Assembly (NCBI RefSeq): GCF_000196355.1
Contig: NC_007614.1
Span: 810,001-842,000 of the forward strand
Length of the DNA stretch: 32,000 nucleotides
Reading direction: 5' to 3'
Source of the DNA: Nitrosospira multiformis ATCC 25196
GTDB taxonomy: Bacteria > Pseudomonadota > Gammaproteobacteria > Burkholderiales > Nitrosomonadaceae
Part shown: one piece after another, positions 1 through 10,122 of the stretch
Layout: the number at the start of each line of letters is the position of its first letter
Numbering within the stretch: position 1 is the stretch's first letter
Notes under the pieces: model-generated
What the model saw: only the letters and a program-made list of their open reading frames with translations
What the model was told of the DNA's origin: nothing
The model's database searches: none
Made by a program: the position numbers and the translations under genes

Positions 1-2
1 AC

Positions 3-56
3 GTGCCGGCTGCGATACTGACCGAAGTTCTGACGGAATGCACGGCTGATGCATGA
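3..56 (+). CDS. aroB: 3-dehydroquinate synthase C-terminal tail (partial, truncated at window edge)
   Basis: Frame 3 is open from the edge: [17 protein letters not shown]. The TGA at 54-56 overlaps the dgt start at 49. Identity rests mainly on the known aroB-dgt neighbourhood in betaproteobacteria. Confidence 0.45.
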   Translation: MPAAILTEVLTECTADA

Positions 57-1170
57 GCTGGCGGCCTACGCGGTATCAACTGCCAACTCCCGGGGGCGCC
101 GCATTGCGGAAGAAGCCTCTCCCGGTCGCACGCCTTTTCAGCGCGATCGCGATCGCATCATTCATTCCACCGCTTTTCGCAGGCTTGAGTACAAGACCCA
201 GGTTTTCGTCAATCATGAAGGGGATTTGTTCCGCACACGCCTGACGCACAGTCTCGAAGTGGCCCAGATCGGCCGCTCCGTAGCCCGGAATTTGCGCCTG
301 AATGAGGACCTGGTTGAGGCTATCGCGCTGGCGCATGATCTCGGCCATACCGCCTTCGGTCATGCCGGGCAGGACGCGCTGAACGAGTGCATGAAGGAAT
401 ATGGCGGCTTTGAGCATAATCTCCAATCCCTGCGGGTGGTGGATGTGCTGGAAGAGCACTATGGCGCATTCGACGGGTTGAATCTGTGCTTTGAAACCCG
501 CGAAGGTATTCTCAAGCATTGTTCGAAGAAAAATGCGCTGGAGCTGGGGGACGTTGGTGAGCGCTTCCTCACGAATCGTCGGCCTTCGCTGGAAGCGCAA
601 GTGGCCAATCTCGCTGACGAGATCGCTTACAACAATCACGACGTGGACGACGGCTTGAGATCCGGTCTCGTCACGCAGCAGCAACTTGAGGGAGTCGGCA
701 TATTTGCGCGTCATCTGGCAATGGCCAGACAGCAATACCCGAAAATCTCCGGAAGGCGGCTGGTCCATGAAACCGTGCGGCGCATGATCAATACGCTGGC
801 GGGAGATTTGATCAGACAAAGCGCAGTGAATATCGCGCAGGCCAGCCCGGTCACACTGGACGAAATCCGGGCCGCTCCCCCGCTGATCGGATTCAGCAGG
901 GAAATTGCCCAGGAGCAGCAGGAGCTCAAAAAGTTTCTGCGGGAGCATCTTTACCGCCACTACAAGGTATCGCGCATGAGTGCAAAGGCACGGTACATCA
1001 TCCGCCAGCTCTTTGACGCGTTCAATTCCGATATCCGTTTGTTGCCTCCGGAATTCCAGTCCAGGTATCAGCAGGACAAACATCAGGCTATCGCCGACTA
1101 TATCGCAGGCATGACGGACCGGTATGCCATTCGTGAATACCGGCGTCTCTTCGTTGTTGAGGAAAGCTGA
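49..1170 (+). CDS. dgt: deoxyguanosinetriphosphate triphosphohydrolase-like protein (HD domain)
   Basis: 373 aa ORF with [39 protein letters not shown] and the HD motif [16 protein letters not shown], typical of the dGTPase family. Confidence 0.95.
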   Translation: MHELAAYAVSTANSRGRRIAEEASPGRTPFQRDRDRIIHSTAFRRLEYKTQVFVNHEGDLFRTRLTHSLEVAQIGRSVARNLRLNEDLVEAIALAHDLGHTAFGHAGQDALNECMKEYGGFEHNLQSLRVVDVLEEHYGAFDGLNLCFETREGILKHCSKKNALELGDVGERFLTNRRPSLEAQVANLADEIAYNNHDVDDGLRSGLVTQQQLEGVGIFARHLAMARQQYPKISGRRLVHETVRRMINTLAGDLIRQSAVNIAQASPVTLDEIRAAPPLIGFSREIAQEQQELKKFLREHLYRHYKVSRMSAKARYIIRQLFDAFNSDIRLLPPEFQSRYQQDKHQAIADYIAGMTDRYAIREYRRLFVVEES

Positions 1171-1375
1171 CAGATCATTCCCATTGCTGATCTTTTCGCG
1201 AATGGCGTGTGCCTCGTTGGCCATTCATGGTAAGATGAAAGGTTGAAGGGAGCCTAACGGTTCCGGGGACTTGGCAGTTCCAAGACATACATTTCCACGG
1301 GTAGCTCTACGGGTAGTTTGAGCATCCGGCTTTTACTGATCGGCTTTACTGATTTTTGCGATTGATTGGGTCTGA

Positions 1376-2473
1376 ATGACAAGATTGAAGAACGATACCC
1401 TGCTCAGGGCCCTGCTGAGGCAACCTACTGAATACACGCCGGTTTGGCTCATGCGGCAGGCAGGACGTTATCTCTCCGAATATAATCAGACGAGGGCTCG
1501 TGCGGGCAATTTTCTCGCGCTCTGCAAGAATCCCGACTTCGCCACCGAAGTTACGATGCAGCCTCTAGCCCGATTTCCTTTGGATGCTGCCATACTGTTT
1601 TCGGATATTCTGACGATTCCTGATGCGATGGGATTGGGATTATATTTTGCGGAAGGAGAGGGTCCCAGGTTCGAGCGCCCCTTGCGCGAAGAGTGGGAGA
1701 TCCGGGCCCTTACCGTCCCGGATCCTGCTGTTCATTTGCGCTATGTCATGGACGCGGTTTCACAGATACGCAAGACTCTGGATAATCGGGTTCCGCTGAT
1801 CGGATTCTCCGGCAGTCCGTTTACGCTTGCCTGCTATATGGTGGAAGGAGCCGGCGGGACTGATTTCCGGCAAATAAAAACCATGCTGTACCGCCGTCCT
1901 GATCTGTTGCATCATATTCTCGATATCAATGCGCAGGCTGTCACCGCTTATCTGAACGCTCAAATCGAGTCCGGCGCGCAGGCAGTAATGATTTTTGATA
2001 CCTGGGGTGGCGCCCTTTCCCATGCCGCTTATCAGCAGTTTTCGCTGCGCTACATGACCCAGGTGCTGGCCGGGTTGAGGCGGTATCAGGGGGCTGAGCG
2101 TATTCCGAGCATTGTTTTCACCAAGGGCGGGGGGCTATGGCTCGAGAGTATCGCGGACAGCGGGTGTGATGCAGTGGGACTGGACTGGACGGTTAATATC
2201 GGAGACGCCCGGCGACGTGTGGGCCACAAAGTGGCCTTGCAGGGCAACCTGGATCCTGCCGTACTATTCGCCGAGCCGGGGGTAATTGCTGCCGAGGTGG
2301 AGCAGATCCTTGCGAGTTTTGGCGAAGGCAGTGGGCACATCTTCAACCTGGGACATGGCATATCGCAGTTTACGCCGCCCGAAAATGCGCTTACGCTGGT
2401 CGAGGCGGTTCACAGCCTCAGCCGCAGATTTCATCGTGCGGATGCAGAGGGAAACAACAGTTTCGGCAGCTAG
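1376..2473 (+). CDS. hemE: uroporphyrinogen decarboxylase
   Basis: 365 aa ORF with [48 protein letters not shown] and [16 protein letters not shown] motifs. Confidence 0.97.
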   Translation: MTRLKNDTLLRALLRQPTEYTPVWLMRQAGRYLSEYNQTRARAGNFLALCKNPDFATEVTMQPLARFPLDAAILFSDILTIPDAMGLGLYFAEGEGPRFERPLREEWEIRALTVPDPAVHLRYVMDAVSQIRKTLDNRVPLIGFSGSPFTLACYMVEGAGGTDFRQIKTMLYRRPDLLHHILDINAQAVTAYLNAQIESGAQAVMIFDTWGGALSHAAYQQFSLRYMTQVLAGLRRYQGAERIPSIVFTKGGGLWLESIADSGCDAVGLDWTVNIGDARRRVGHKVALQGNLDPAVLFAEPGVIAAEVEQILASFGEGSGHIFNLGHGISQFTPPENALTLVEAVHSLSRRFHRADAEGNNSFGS

Positions 2474-2552
2474 CGGATAAACAGAATTTTTCACCTCGAA
2501 TCTACATGATATTTTGATATTTCTGCAGGTCTGATTGTTTGGAACTCTTCAC

Positions 2553-3236
2553 GTGCGCATACTTATTATTGAAGATGATCGGGCAATAGCCAGTAATCTG
2601 TACGACTTTCTCGAAGCTCGCGGGCACAGTGTCGATGCCGCCGCTGATGGGATTACAGGGCTGCATCTTGCGGTTACCCAGCAGTTTGATGGCATTTTGC
2701 TGGATCTGGGATTGCCGGGTGCGGATGGTATAACACTATGCCGGAAGCTTCGTCAGGAAGCGCATCTCGATACCCCGGTCCTGATGCTGACAGCGCGCGA
2801 CACGCTGGAAGACAAGCTGAAAGGTTTCGATTGCGGGGCGGATGACTACCTGGTCAAACCCTTCGCCTTGAAAGAAGTTGAAGCGCGGCTGGTTGCCATG
2901 CACAAACGTCGCAAGGGCAAGGTAACCAGTCGAACCCTGGAAACCGAGGATCTTTCCTTCGATCCGAAAACTCTCACAATCCGCTTCGCGGGCGCGAACG
3001 TCAAATTGCCGCCGAAATGCATCGGCTTGCTTGCAGTCATCATGAGCGAGCCTGGCCGCGTTTTCAGTCGCAGGGAGCTCGAATCGGAAGTATGGGGGGA
3101 TGTGCAGGAAACCAGCGATACTCTCCGCAGTCACATGCACGAGCTTCGCCGCGCACTGACGCGCGCTGGGGGCTATGATCCAATCGAAACCGTTCACGGT
3201 CTCGGCTATCGGCTTTCCACGCGTGCCCGTAATTAG
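2553..3236 (+). CDS. OmpR/PhoB-family DNA-binding response regulator
   Basis: Receiver domain RILIIEDDRAIASNLYDFLEARGHSV, phospho-Asp DLGLPGADG, conserved Lys DDYLVKPF, and a C-terminal winged helix (RAGGYDPIETVHGLGYRL). The track ORF starts at a TTG (2535); the in-frame GTG at 2553 fits the usual N-terminus. Confidence 0.92.
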   Translation: MRILIIEDDRAIASNLYDFLEARGHSVDAAADGITGLHLAVTQQFDGILLDLGLPGADGITLCRKLRQEAHLDTPVLMLTARDTLEDKLKGFDCGADDYLVKPFALKEVEARLVAMHKRRKGKVTSRTLETEDLSFDPKTLTIRFAGANVKLPPKCIGLLAVIMSEPGRVFSRRELESEVWGDVQETSDTLRSHMHELRRALTRAGGYDPIETVHGLGYRLSTRARN

Positions 3237-4491
3237 GCGTGGGCTTCGCCTTCGTGTTGCACTTGCGTTTGCGATATTCTGTATTGTTGTTGTCGGAACG
3301 CTGGGTGTCAGTCTGTATATCGCTTCCGATGACATCGAAGAAGCTCATATCGAGCAGATCATCGAAACCGAGATGGATTATCTGCTCCAGCGCTATCGCG
3401 AGCATGTGGACTTCGTGCCGCAGGAAGGTTCCAATCTCGAAAAATACATCATCCACGATCCCTCCGAAGAATCTCGCCTTCCTTCCTATCTGCAGGGACT
3501 GAGTTATAGGCGGCACAAGGTTTTTCGCGGACCGGAGGAAGTGCGGGTCGCGGTCCATCACGTGGACGGGGTCAAGTTTCTTGTCGCCTATGAAATAGGC
3601 CTGCACGAAGCGCGGCAACGGGAATTGAAACTGCTCATCGTCCTGTCGCTCATTTCCGTCGTGGGTGTCGCTGTCGTGGTGGGATATCTGCTGGCCGGAG
3701 TGCTGGTCAAGCAGGTGACTGATCTCGCCGAGCAGGTGAGGCATCTCGCGCCGGGTGACATTCAGGGGGAAACGCTTACCCAGCCTGGGCAGGATGAGGA
3801 GGTGGCGCAGCTCGCTCGCGCGCTGGATGACTATCAAAGCCGTATAACCCGCATGCTGCGCAGGGAACAGGAGTTTACCGCCAATATAAGCCACGAGCTG
3901 CGCACTCCGATTACAACTATCCTGACAAGCTGTGAACTGCTGGTCGCGGAACCGAATCTGTCGGAAAGAGCGCGCATGCGCATCGGCATGATCGAAAGTG
4001 CCGCAACCCGCATGGGCGAGCAGTTGCAAGCCCTGTTATTTCTTGCGCGCGAGCAGTCGCTCGGGGTAATGGAACCCGTGGATCTGGCCGAGTGTGTCTA
4101 CGATGCGGCAGAATCGATATGCGGGGAGATCTATCGAAAGCATCTTACATTCGAAGTCACGGTGGAACCGAAAGCCATGCTGACGCTGAATCGGCAAGCG
4201 ATTCACACGGCTCTTGTGAATCTGCTGCGCAATGCGGTGCAATATACCAATAGCGGTTTCATACGGGTAAATTTCAAAGGCAATCGTCTTTCCATTTCCG
4301 ATTCCGGTATAGGTATTGAGCCTTCCTATCTGCCCCTCCTGTATGAACGCTTCTTCCGCGGTTCCACCCAGGGTGAAGGTCTGGGCATAGGGCTTGCCAT
4401 CGTAAAGCGCATCTGCGACTACTATGGATGGAGCATAGAAGTCGAAAGCATGCCCGGACAAGGCGCGACCTTCCATATTGTGTTTCCCTGA
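3223..4491 (+). CDS. two-component sensor histidine kinase (HAMP + HisKA + HATPase_c)
   Basis: H-box FTANISHELRTPITT, N-box NLLRNAVQY, G-boxes GIGIEPSYLPLLYERFF and GEGLGIGLAIVKRI, and TM helices around LRVALAFAIFCIVVVGTLGVSLYI and LIVLSLISVVGVAVVVGYLLAG. Start is ambiguous (ORF opens at 3175; GTG at 3223). It overlaps the end of the response regulator. Confidence 0.9.
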   Translation: MPVIRRGLRLRVALAFAIFCIVVVGTLGVSLYIASDDIEEAHIEQIIETEMDYLLQRYREHVDFVPQEGSNLEKYIIHDPSEESRLPSYLQGLSYRRHKVFRGPEEVRVAVHHVDGVKFLVAYEIGLHEARQRELKLLIVLSLISVVGVAVVVGYLLAGVLVKQVTDLAEQVRHLAPGDIQGETLTQPGQDEEVAQLARALDDYQSRITRMLRREQEFTANISHELRTPITTILTSCELLVAEPNLSERARMRIGMIESAATRMGEQLQALLFLAREQSLGVMEPVDLAECVYDAAESICGEIYRKHLTFEVTVEPKAMLTLNRQAIHTALVNLLRNAVQYTNSGFIRVNFKGNRLSISDSGIGIEPSYLPLLYERFFRGSTQGEGLGIGLAIVKRICDYYGWSIEVESMPGQGATFHIVFP

Positions 4492-4762
4492 CCCTCGTTT
4501 TTCCTGGAGAAAGTCATTTCCCTGCAGGTTTCCCTGACTGCGCCGACATAGCGGAAGCTCTACAGTTGCCGCTATTCGATCTTCTGCAAAATCCGCGCTT
4601 TGCGGACTATTTCCATCAATTTCTCCTTCCTGAAGACGCCACTTCTTAGTGAGCGGATCGCCGGGATGCCTGTCTCATCCTTTAAGGGTGCTTGTTTAAA
4701 CTCTGTTTATCGAGGTATTTATCTTCACGAATTCTTCACAGGGCGTGTGTTAATTTGATGGG

Positions 4763-4783
4763 TGAGTAAATACCTGAGTAAAT
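4763..4783 (+). promoter_or_regulatory. 9-bp direct repeat TGAGTAAAT x2 (12-bp period) upstream of dabA, candidate regulator-binding or promoter element
   Basis: Sequence reads TGAGTAAAT-ACC-TGAGTAAAT, about 100 bp before the dabA start. Function not established. Confidence 0.3.
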
Positions 4784-4880
4784 TCCTCTGTTATTTTAAG
4801 TTAATGAATCGAGTTTATTTTAGTTAAAGGGAATCCTATCAACAGGTCAGAAGGCGTCACGAAGAAGAGGAGTAAAAATT

Positions 4881-7628
4881 ATGCCAGCAGCAATAGACAA
4901 AGATGAAAATATTCAGAAAGAGGGAAAGAGGATCGAGTTGGTGAAGGATTCTCCAAAACAGTTTGCAGCTTCCGGTGCCGCCGCGGTAAGCGCACAGCCT
5001 AACTCGGATAAACTGGCGGATGTCAGTCCTCTGCACGCGGAGCGGACTGTAGCCCAAGCGCAGGAAGCCTCCGTTTCTTCCTTCAATGAAGAGGAAGTGA
5101 TCCATGACCTGCAGCACTATCTGCCCTCGCAGGCTCCGCTGAAAGACTTTATTCATCATAATACATTACACGCATTCCAGAACTATCCCTTCCATGAGGG
5201 AACGCGTCGCGCAAAAAAAATATTCGGATATTTTCCCTCTCTTCAACTTCGTGAATATAGAGACCTGTACGAAGCCGGGCGTATCCGCAAGGATATTCTT
5301 GAGCGAGTTATCTCCGAGCAGAAGGGCGCGCAGCATCTGGAGGATTGGATGCAGCGGCTGCTTGAGAAGGAATATGACGATTCCGTTTCCCCACGAATAG
5401 GCAAACTGAGGGCGAACTGGAAGCGCCATTATCCTATTGACCTGGACCTGATGGTTCATCCGCTTCTGTTCAGAATCCTGTGCAGCTACCTCGATCAGGG
5501 AATTTCAATATGGGGTTTCCCCATAGGGCACAAGGGTTTTCTTGCGGCCTTGAAGGAAATGGAAGAAAAAAGCTTTGCCAGTTTCTTCAAGACGAAGAGA
5601 GCTAAAAAGCTTTTGGTGTCTGGAAACTGCAAGATGGCGGATCTGCTGAAGCTCCTGGTGGGGGATGAAACCCTCTATGCGCAGTATCTGTTTGACCAGC
5701 AGTTCGCGCACCCGGGTTGGTCGGGCATGGTAGCTTCCGTCGAGGCCCAGCCTGCCTCTCTCCTGAACCCGAAGAACATTACCGTTCATGACCTGGTTGT
5801 CTTCGAGCTTTTGCTTGAGATTGACGCGCTCGATTCCTATTTCGGAGAAAGTTGGGAGCCCATTGCCCACATTCTGGAAGAGCGGCCGGAACCTTTGTTC
5901 GCCGATGTGCCCGAGACTGAGGTCGATACGGTTTTCTCCCTTTGGCACGATGCTTTTGAGTGGACGTACTATGACCAGGTGTTGACTGGAATCGCTTTGC
6001 AGGACAAGACCTGGGAAAGAAAGATCGAAAACAGAAGTTTCCAGACGTACTTCTGTATCGATGACCGGTTGACATCGTTCCGCCGTTACCTCGAGCAGCT
6101 GGATCCGGATTGCGAAACGTTCACCACCGCCGGATTTTTTAACGTCGAACTGTATTATCAACCCGAGAACGGCAAGTTTTACACGAAATGCTGTCCCGCG
6201 CCGGTTTTCCCCAAATTCCTCGTCAAGGAAATCGGTAACAAGCAGAAGATAAAGAAGGAGGTACATTTTTCCAAGCTCACGCATTCGCTTTTCCAGGGCT
6301 GGTTTATCTCCCAAACGATCGGATTCGTGTCGGCCCTGAGGCTAGCCTTGAATGTGTTCAAGCCGGGCTCGATGCCCGCCGGAGCCTCCTCTTATACCCA
6401 TGTGGACAAGAACGCGACGCTCACCATCGAAAACAAGGACCCGAACGACAAGGAAAACGGTTTGCAGATCGGGTTTACGATTGACGAGATGGTCCAGCGC
6501 GTTCAGGGTGTCCTGACCAGTACGGGCTTAAACGGGGTAGATAAAACCTTTGCTCCCATCGTTTACATGATTGGCCACGGCGCATCCAGCGTAAACAACC
6601 CTCACTATACCGCCTATGACTGTGGCGCATGCGGGGGCCGCCCGGGATCGGTGAATGCCAGGACATTCTGTTACATGGCCAACCATCCCAAGGTAAGGGA
6701 AGCGCTCAAGGAGCGGGGCATCATTATTCCGCCCACTACCCAGTTCCTCCCGGGTCTGCACGACACCACGCGTGACGAAGTCGCCTTCTTCGATGAAGAG
6801 ATTCTCTCCGAGGAAAACGCTGGAAAACACAGGAGGAATACGCTGGTCATCAATGAAGCGCTCGATCTTCACGCGAAGGAGCGGTCCAGAAGGTTGGTAT
6901 CCATTGATACCAAAATGAGTCCCAAGGAGATTCATGAGGAAATTCGGAGGAGATCGGTTTCGTTGTTCGAACCCCGGCCGGAGCTCAATCATGCGACTAA
7001 TGCGGTAAGTATTATCGGCAGACGGAGCATTACGGAAAACCTCTTCCTGGACAGGCGGGCGTCCACGAGCACCTATGACTACCGCACTGATCCTGAAGGT
7101 AAGTTCCTCACCATGTCCATGGGTCCCATTGCGTTGGTTATGGGCGGTATCGACCTCGAGTATTTTTTCTCCCGGACCGACAATCACAAAATGGGTGCCG
7201 GAACGAAACTGCCGCACAACGTCATGGGTCTGATCGGGGTGGCTAACGGCGCGGATGGCGATTTGAGGACAGGGCTTCCCAGCCAGATGATCGAGATCCA
7301 CGATCCGGTCCGTCTCCTGGTCATCATCGAACACTATCCCGATGTGGCATTGAAGGTGATCAAGTCGCAGACGGCAAACTATTCGTTTTATGAAAACTAC
7401 TGGGTGCATTGTTTGGCGCTGCATCCGGACACCGGTGAGCTTTGGCTGTACAAGGACGGTAGTTTCTCGAAGATTTACAAGCCGCTGTTAAACGATCTGG
7501 AAACCGTATCGGATCTGAGCGCACTGATGGAACGGGCTAAGAAAGCGGAATCCATCGAAACCCTGGATGCGGTTCAAGAGAATTTACCTGTCTACTTTAT
7601 CGAGAAGAAGGAGAGAGTGAAAAAATGA
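4881..7628 (+). CDS. dabA: DabA-type inorganic carbon transporter subunit (DUF2309, carbonic-anhydrase-like)
   Basis: 915 aa ORF with a strong Shine-Dalgarno (AGAGGAG, 8 nt from ATG). DUF2309-type motifs are APLKDFIHHNTLHAFQ, YFCIDDR (Cys392, Asp394, Arg396) and IGHGASSVNNPHYTAYDCGACGG (His566, Cys581). Cys/Asp/His/Cys spacing matches the zinc-site pattern reported for DabA. Confidence 0.92.
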   Translation: MPAAIDKDENIQKEGKRIELVKDSPKQFAASGAAAVSAQPNSDKLADVSPLHAERTVAQAQEASVSSFNEEEVIHDLQHYLPSQAPLKDFIHHNTLHAFQNYPFHEGTRRAKKIFGYFPSLQLREYRDLYEAGRIRKDILERVISEQKGAQHLEDWMQRLLEKEYDDSVSPRIGKLRANWKRHYPIDLDLMVHPLLFRILCSYLDQGISIWGFPIGHKGFLAALKEMEEKSFASFFKTKRAKKLLVSGNCKMADLLKLLVGDETLYAQYLFDQQFAHPGWSGMVASVEAQPASLLNPKNITVHDLVVFELLLEIDALDSYFGESWEPIAHILEERPEPLFADVPETEVDTVFSLWHDAFEWTYYDQVLTGIALQDKTWERKIENRSFQTYFCIDDRLTSFRRYLEQLDPDCETFTTAGFFNVELYYQPENGKFYTKCCPAPVFPKFLVKEIGNKQKIKKEVHFSKLTHSLFQGWFISQTIGFVSALRLALNVFKPGSMPAGASSYTHVDKNATLTIENKDPNDKENGLQIGFTIDEMVQRVQGVLTSTGLNGVDKTFAPIVYMIGHGASSVNNPHYTAYDCGACGGRPGSVNARTFCYMANHPKVREALKERGIIIPPTTQFLPGLHDTTRDEVAFFDEEILSEENAGKHRRNTLVINEALDLHAKERSRRLVSIDTKMSPKEIHEEIRRRSVSLFEPRPELNHATNAVSIIGRRSITENLFLDRRASTSTYDYRTDPEGKFLTMSMGPIALVMGGIDLEYFFSRTDNHKMGAGTKLPHNVMGLIGVANGADGDLRTGLPSQMIEIHDPVRLLVIIEHYPDVALKVIKSQTANYSFYENYWVHCLALHPDTGELWLYKDGSFSKIYKPLLNDLETVSDLSALMERAKKAESIETLDAVQENLPVYFIEKKERVKK

Positions 7629-9517
7629 CGATGCCGCTGCTAACCTCGCTGCTTGGGTTATTCATAATCATCCCGCTGATCGGGTTTGGGCTCACCATGC
7701 TCGTGCCGAAAAAGAATGAGGATGCCATTTCCTGGATAGCCTACTCCACTGTCGGTTCGCACATGGTTTTGGCCTGGATATTCCTGGTCCTCTGGCTCTT
7801 CAGCGGCTACCCGACGCTCGAGACAATTGAGCTTATCCTGTATAACACGGAAAGTTACAAGTTTTTCATTTCATTCTATTTCGACAAAATTACCGCGGTT
7901 TATCTGTTCGTCGGTTCTTTCCTCTGCTTTCTGGTTACCGTCTACTCCAGATGGTACCTTCATCGCGAAAGGGGCTATAAGCGGTTTTTCAACACCATCC
8001 TGTTCTTTTTCATCGGCTACAACATCATCATTTTCTCCGGTAATTTCGAGACGCTCTTTATCGGTTGGGAAGTTCTGGGAATCACGTCCTTCCTCCTGAT
8101 CGGGTTCTACAGGGAGCGGTATCTGCCGGTAAAAAATGCGCTCAAGGTATTCACGGTGTTTCGCGTGGCGGATATGGGTTTGATTCTGGTCATCTGGATG
8201 AGCCATCATCTGTGGCACGAAAACATCACGTTCTCCAAGCTCATGCATCCGGAACTGGTTGCACAGACTCTTGAGGGCAACACGACACTGGGGATTTTGA
8301 TCGGATTGATGCTCCTGCTGGCGGCCGCCGTGAAATCGGGTCAACTCCCGTTTTCTTCCTGGGTGCCCAGAGCAATGGAAGGCCCGACCCCGTCGAGTGC
8401 AATCTTTTACGGATCGCTCTCGGTTCACTTGGGCGTCTTTCTTTTGCTGAGAACGTTCCCATTCTGGGAAAATCAGATCGTTGTGGTAGCGCCTGTGATT
8501 CTTCTTGGCGTAGGGACTGCCGTAGTCGCGACCCTTATTTCACGCGTACAGTCCTCGATCAAGACGCAGATCGCCTACTCTTCGGTGGCGCAGATCGGCA
8601 TCATTTTCGTGGAAGTGGCGTTAGGGTTTTATGATCTTGCCTTGATCCATTTGGCAGGAAATGCATTCTTGCGGACGTATCAGCTTCTGGTCTCGCCATC
8701 GGCCGTGACCTTCCTGCTTCGCGATCAGTTCTACAACTTTGTTCCAAGGGAATACATCGACAAGCATTCCACATCCAAGCAAATCGAGTATGCGGCCTAT
8801 ATGCTGAGCGTGAAGGAGTTCAACCTCGATTCGTTCATGTATTTCTTCTTCTGGGATCCCGTGAAATGGATCGGCCGGAAGCTGAACCTGGTGTTATCCG
8901 GAACGGGTGGTTTCATTATCGCCACCACACTTTTCCTCGTCGGCCTCGCCTGCCTCTACTACGAGCAGTCTTTACCGGTCGGTGTCCAGCAATTCCTGCC
9001 GACGCTATTTGCCTTCATCGCCCTGATCGTCGTGCTGAAGTCTTTCTCGGAAAGAATGAGTCCCCAGTTGAGCTGGTACTTCGTCATCATGAATCATCTC
9101 TGGGTCGCACTCGCCATCTCGTTTTATGACGAAGTGACGACCCGGGAGATTGTCATTTATATAAGTGGCATCCTCCTTTCAGGCCTTGTGGGATACGCTT
9201 GTCTGGCACAACTGAAGTCACTTGAGCCGAAGGTGGATTTGAAGGAACCTCAGGGTCAGGGTCATGTCTATGAATATCCTACACAGGCTTTCATTTTCCT
9301 GCTTGCGTGTCTGGGCCTGATGGGTTTTCCTATTACGCCATCGTTCCTGGGGATAGATCTGATCTTCACCCACATTCACACAGACCAGATCGTATTTGCA
9401 TTCATTCTCGCACTGAGTTTCATCATCGTCGGTCTCTCCTTGGTGAGAATATATTCGCGGGTTTATCTTGGACCTCATGTTAAAACTTACCATGCCGTCC
9501 CCTTCAAAAACTCGTGA
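7625..9517 (+). CDS. dabB: DabB-type membrane subunit (proton-conducting antiporter / NuoL-like)
   Basis: 630 aa hydrophobic ORF with a 4-bp ATGA overlap with dabA. It carries NuoL/Mrp-like motifs: IGWEVLGITSFLLIGFYRER, AAAVKSGQLPFSSWVPRAMEGPTPSSAIFYGS, and SVAQIGIIFVEVALG. Confidence 0.92.
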   Translation: MTMPLLTSLLGLFIIIPLIGFGLTMLVPKKNEDAISWIAYSTVGSHMVLAWIFLVLWLFSGYPTLETIELILYNTESYKFFISFYFDKITAVYLFVGSFLCFLVTVYSRWYLHRERGYKRFFNTILFFFIGYNIIIFSGNFETLFIGWEVLGITSFLLIGFYRERYLPVKNALKVFTVFRVADMGLILVIWMSHHLWHENITFSKLMHPELVAQTLEGNTTLGILIGLMLLLAAAVKSGQLPFSSWVPRAMEGPTPSSAIFYGSLSVHLGVFLLLRTFPFWENQIVVVAPVILLGVGTAVVATLISRVQSSIKTQIAYSSVAQIGIIFVEVALGFYDLALIHLAGNAFLRTYQLLVSPSAVTFLLRDQFYNFVPREYIDKHSTSKQIEYAAYMLSVKEFNLDSFMYFFFWDPVKWIGRKLNLVLSGTGGFIIATTLFLVGLACLYYEQSLPVGVQQFLPTLFAFIALIVVLKSFSERMSPQLSWYFVIMNHLWVALAISFYDEVTTREIVIYISGILLSGLVGYACLAQLKSLEPKVDLKEPQGQGHVYEYPTQAFIFLLACLGLMGFPITPSFLGIDLIFTHIHTDQIVFAFILALSFIIVGLSLVRIYSRVYLGPHVKTYHAVPFKNS

Positions 9518-9567
9518 TCATGAAACCATGATGAAAGTGGGAATGGATAGACAGATGTGATGACGAA

Positions 9568-9687
9568 ATGAAAGGCGCCGGCTTGAACCCCAGGAAATCA
9601 GAAGCCATGCGAGAGAAATCCCGGGATAAAGTCGGCGCTCAACGGGGTGTGAAAAAGGCTCGGAAAAGGAGTGTTATCAGGAAATAA
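9568..9687 (+). CDS. possible very short basic ORF (39 aa) in the dabB-sulP gap; low confidence
   Basis: Reads ATG...TAA as MKGAGLNPRKSEAMREKSRDKVGAQRGVKKARKRSVIRK*. There is no good Shine-Dalgarno and the high Lys/Arg content follows from purine-rich DNA, so it may be chance. Confidence 0.12.
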   Translation: MKGAGLNPRKSEAMREKSRDKVGAQRGVKKARKRSVIRK

Positions 9688-10122
9688 GGAGGGATCTGAG
9701 TAATGAATAATAAGTGAACGCCTCAGAAGGTTTGGGAAGATGTTGTCGCTCGTCCGCGAGGGAAGTATAGAGCATAGACAAATTCATCTCTGATCGACTT
9801 AGCGCACGCACCTACGCCTCATCAGAGGCAATAAAAGACAAAGTATGCGAAACCTCACACTTCAAAAGAAAAAAGATGCGGGAGTGTCGTGGGTGTAGAG
9901 GGGGAAAAGGGAAATGCAGGATGATACTCCGTACTTTGAGCAACTCCTCTGAAAGGGGATGGAATAAAGTATGAATTTTATCACAAATGTGAAGACGTAT
10001 GGCGCAGGTCACGAAAACCTGGTGGTTGAGATGAATACACAGGTGTTTTATAGAAGAAAAATACCACGCATGAGGCTCTTCAAACCCTCTGGATAAGCCT
10101 GTCCTAAGAAACCTGGCAGACG

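Noticed and set aside
76-1224. 382-aa minus-strand ORF antisense to dgt
   Set aside because: Shadow ORF. The + strand protein matches dGTPase motifs throughout and the antisense translation resembles no known family.
3064-4029. 321-aa minus-strand ORF antisense to the histidine kinase
   Set aside because: The sense strand has complete kinase motifs. The antisense translation is His/Arg-rich shadow sequence.
4428-4649. 73-aa + ORF overlapping the 3' end of the kinase
   Set aside because: Overlaps a well-supported gene end, has no convincing ribosome site and no recognisable motif.
9816-9829. Hairpin GCCTC-ATCA-GAGGC in the dabB-sulP spacer as a terminator
   Set aside because: Only a 5-bp stem and no following T-run; too weak to call.
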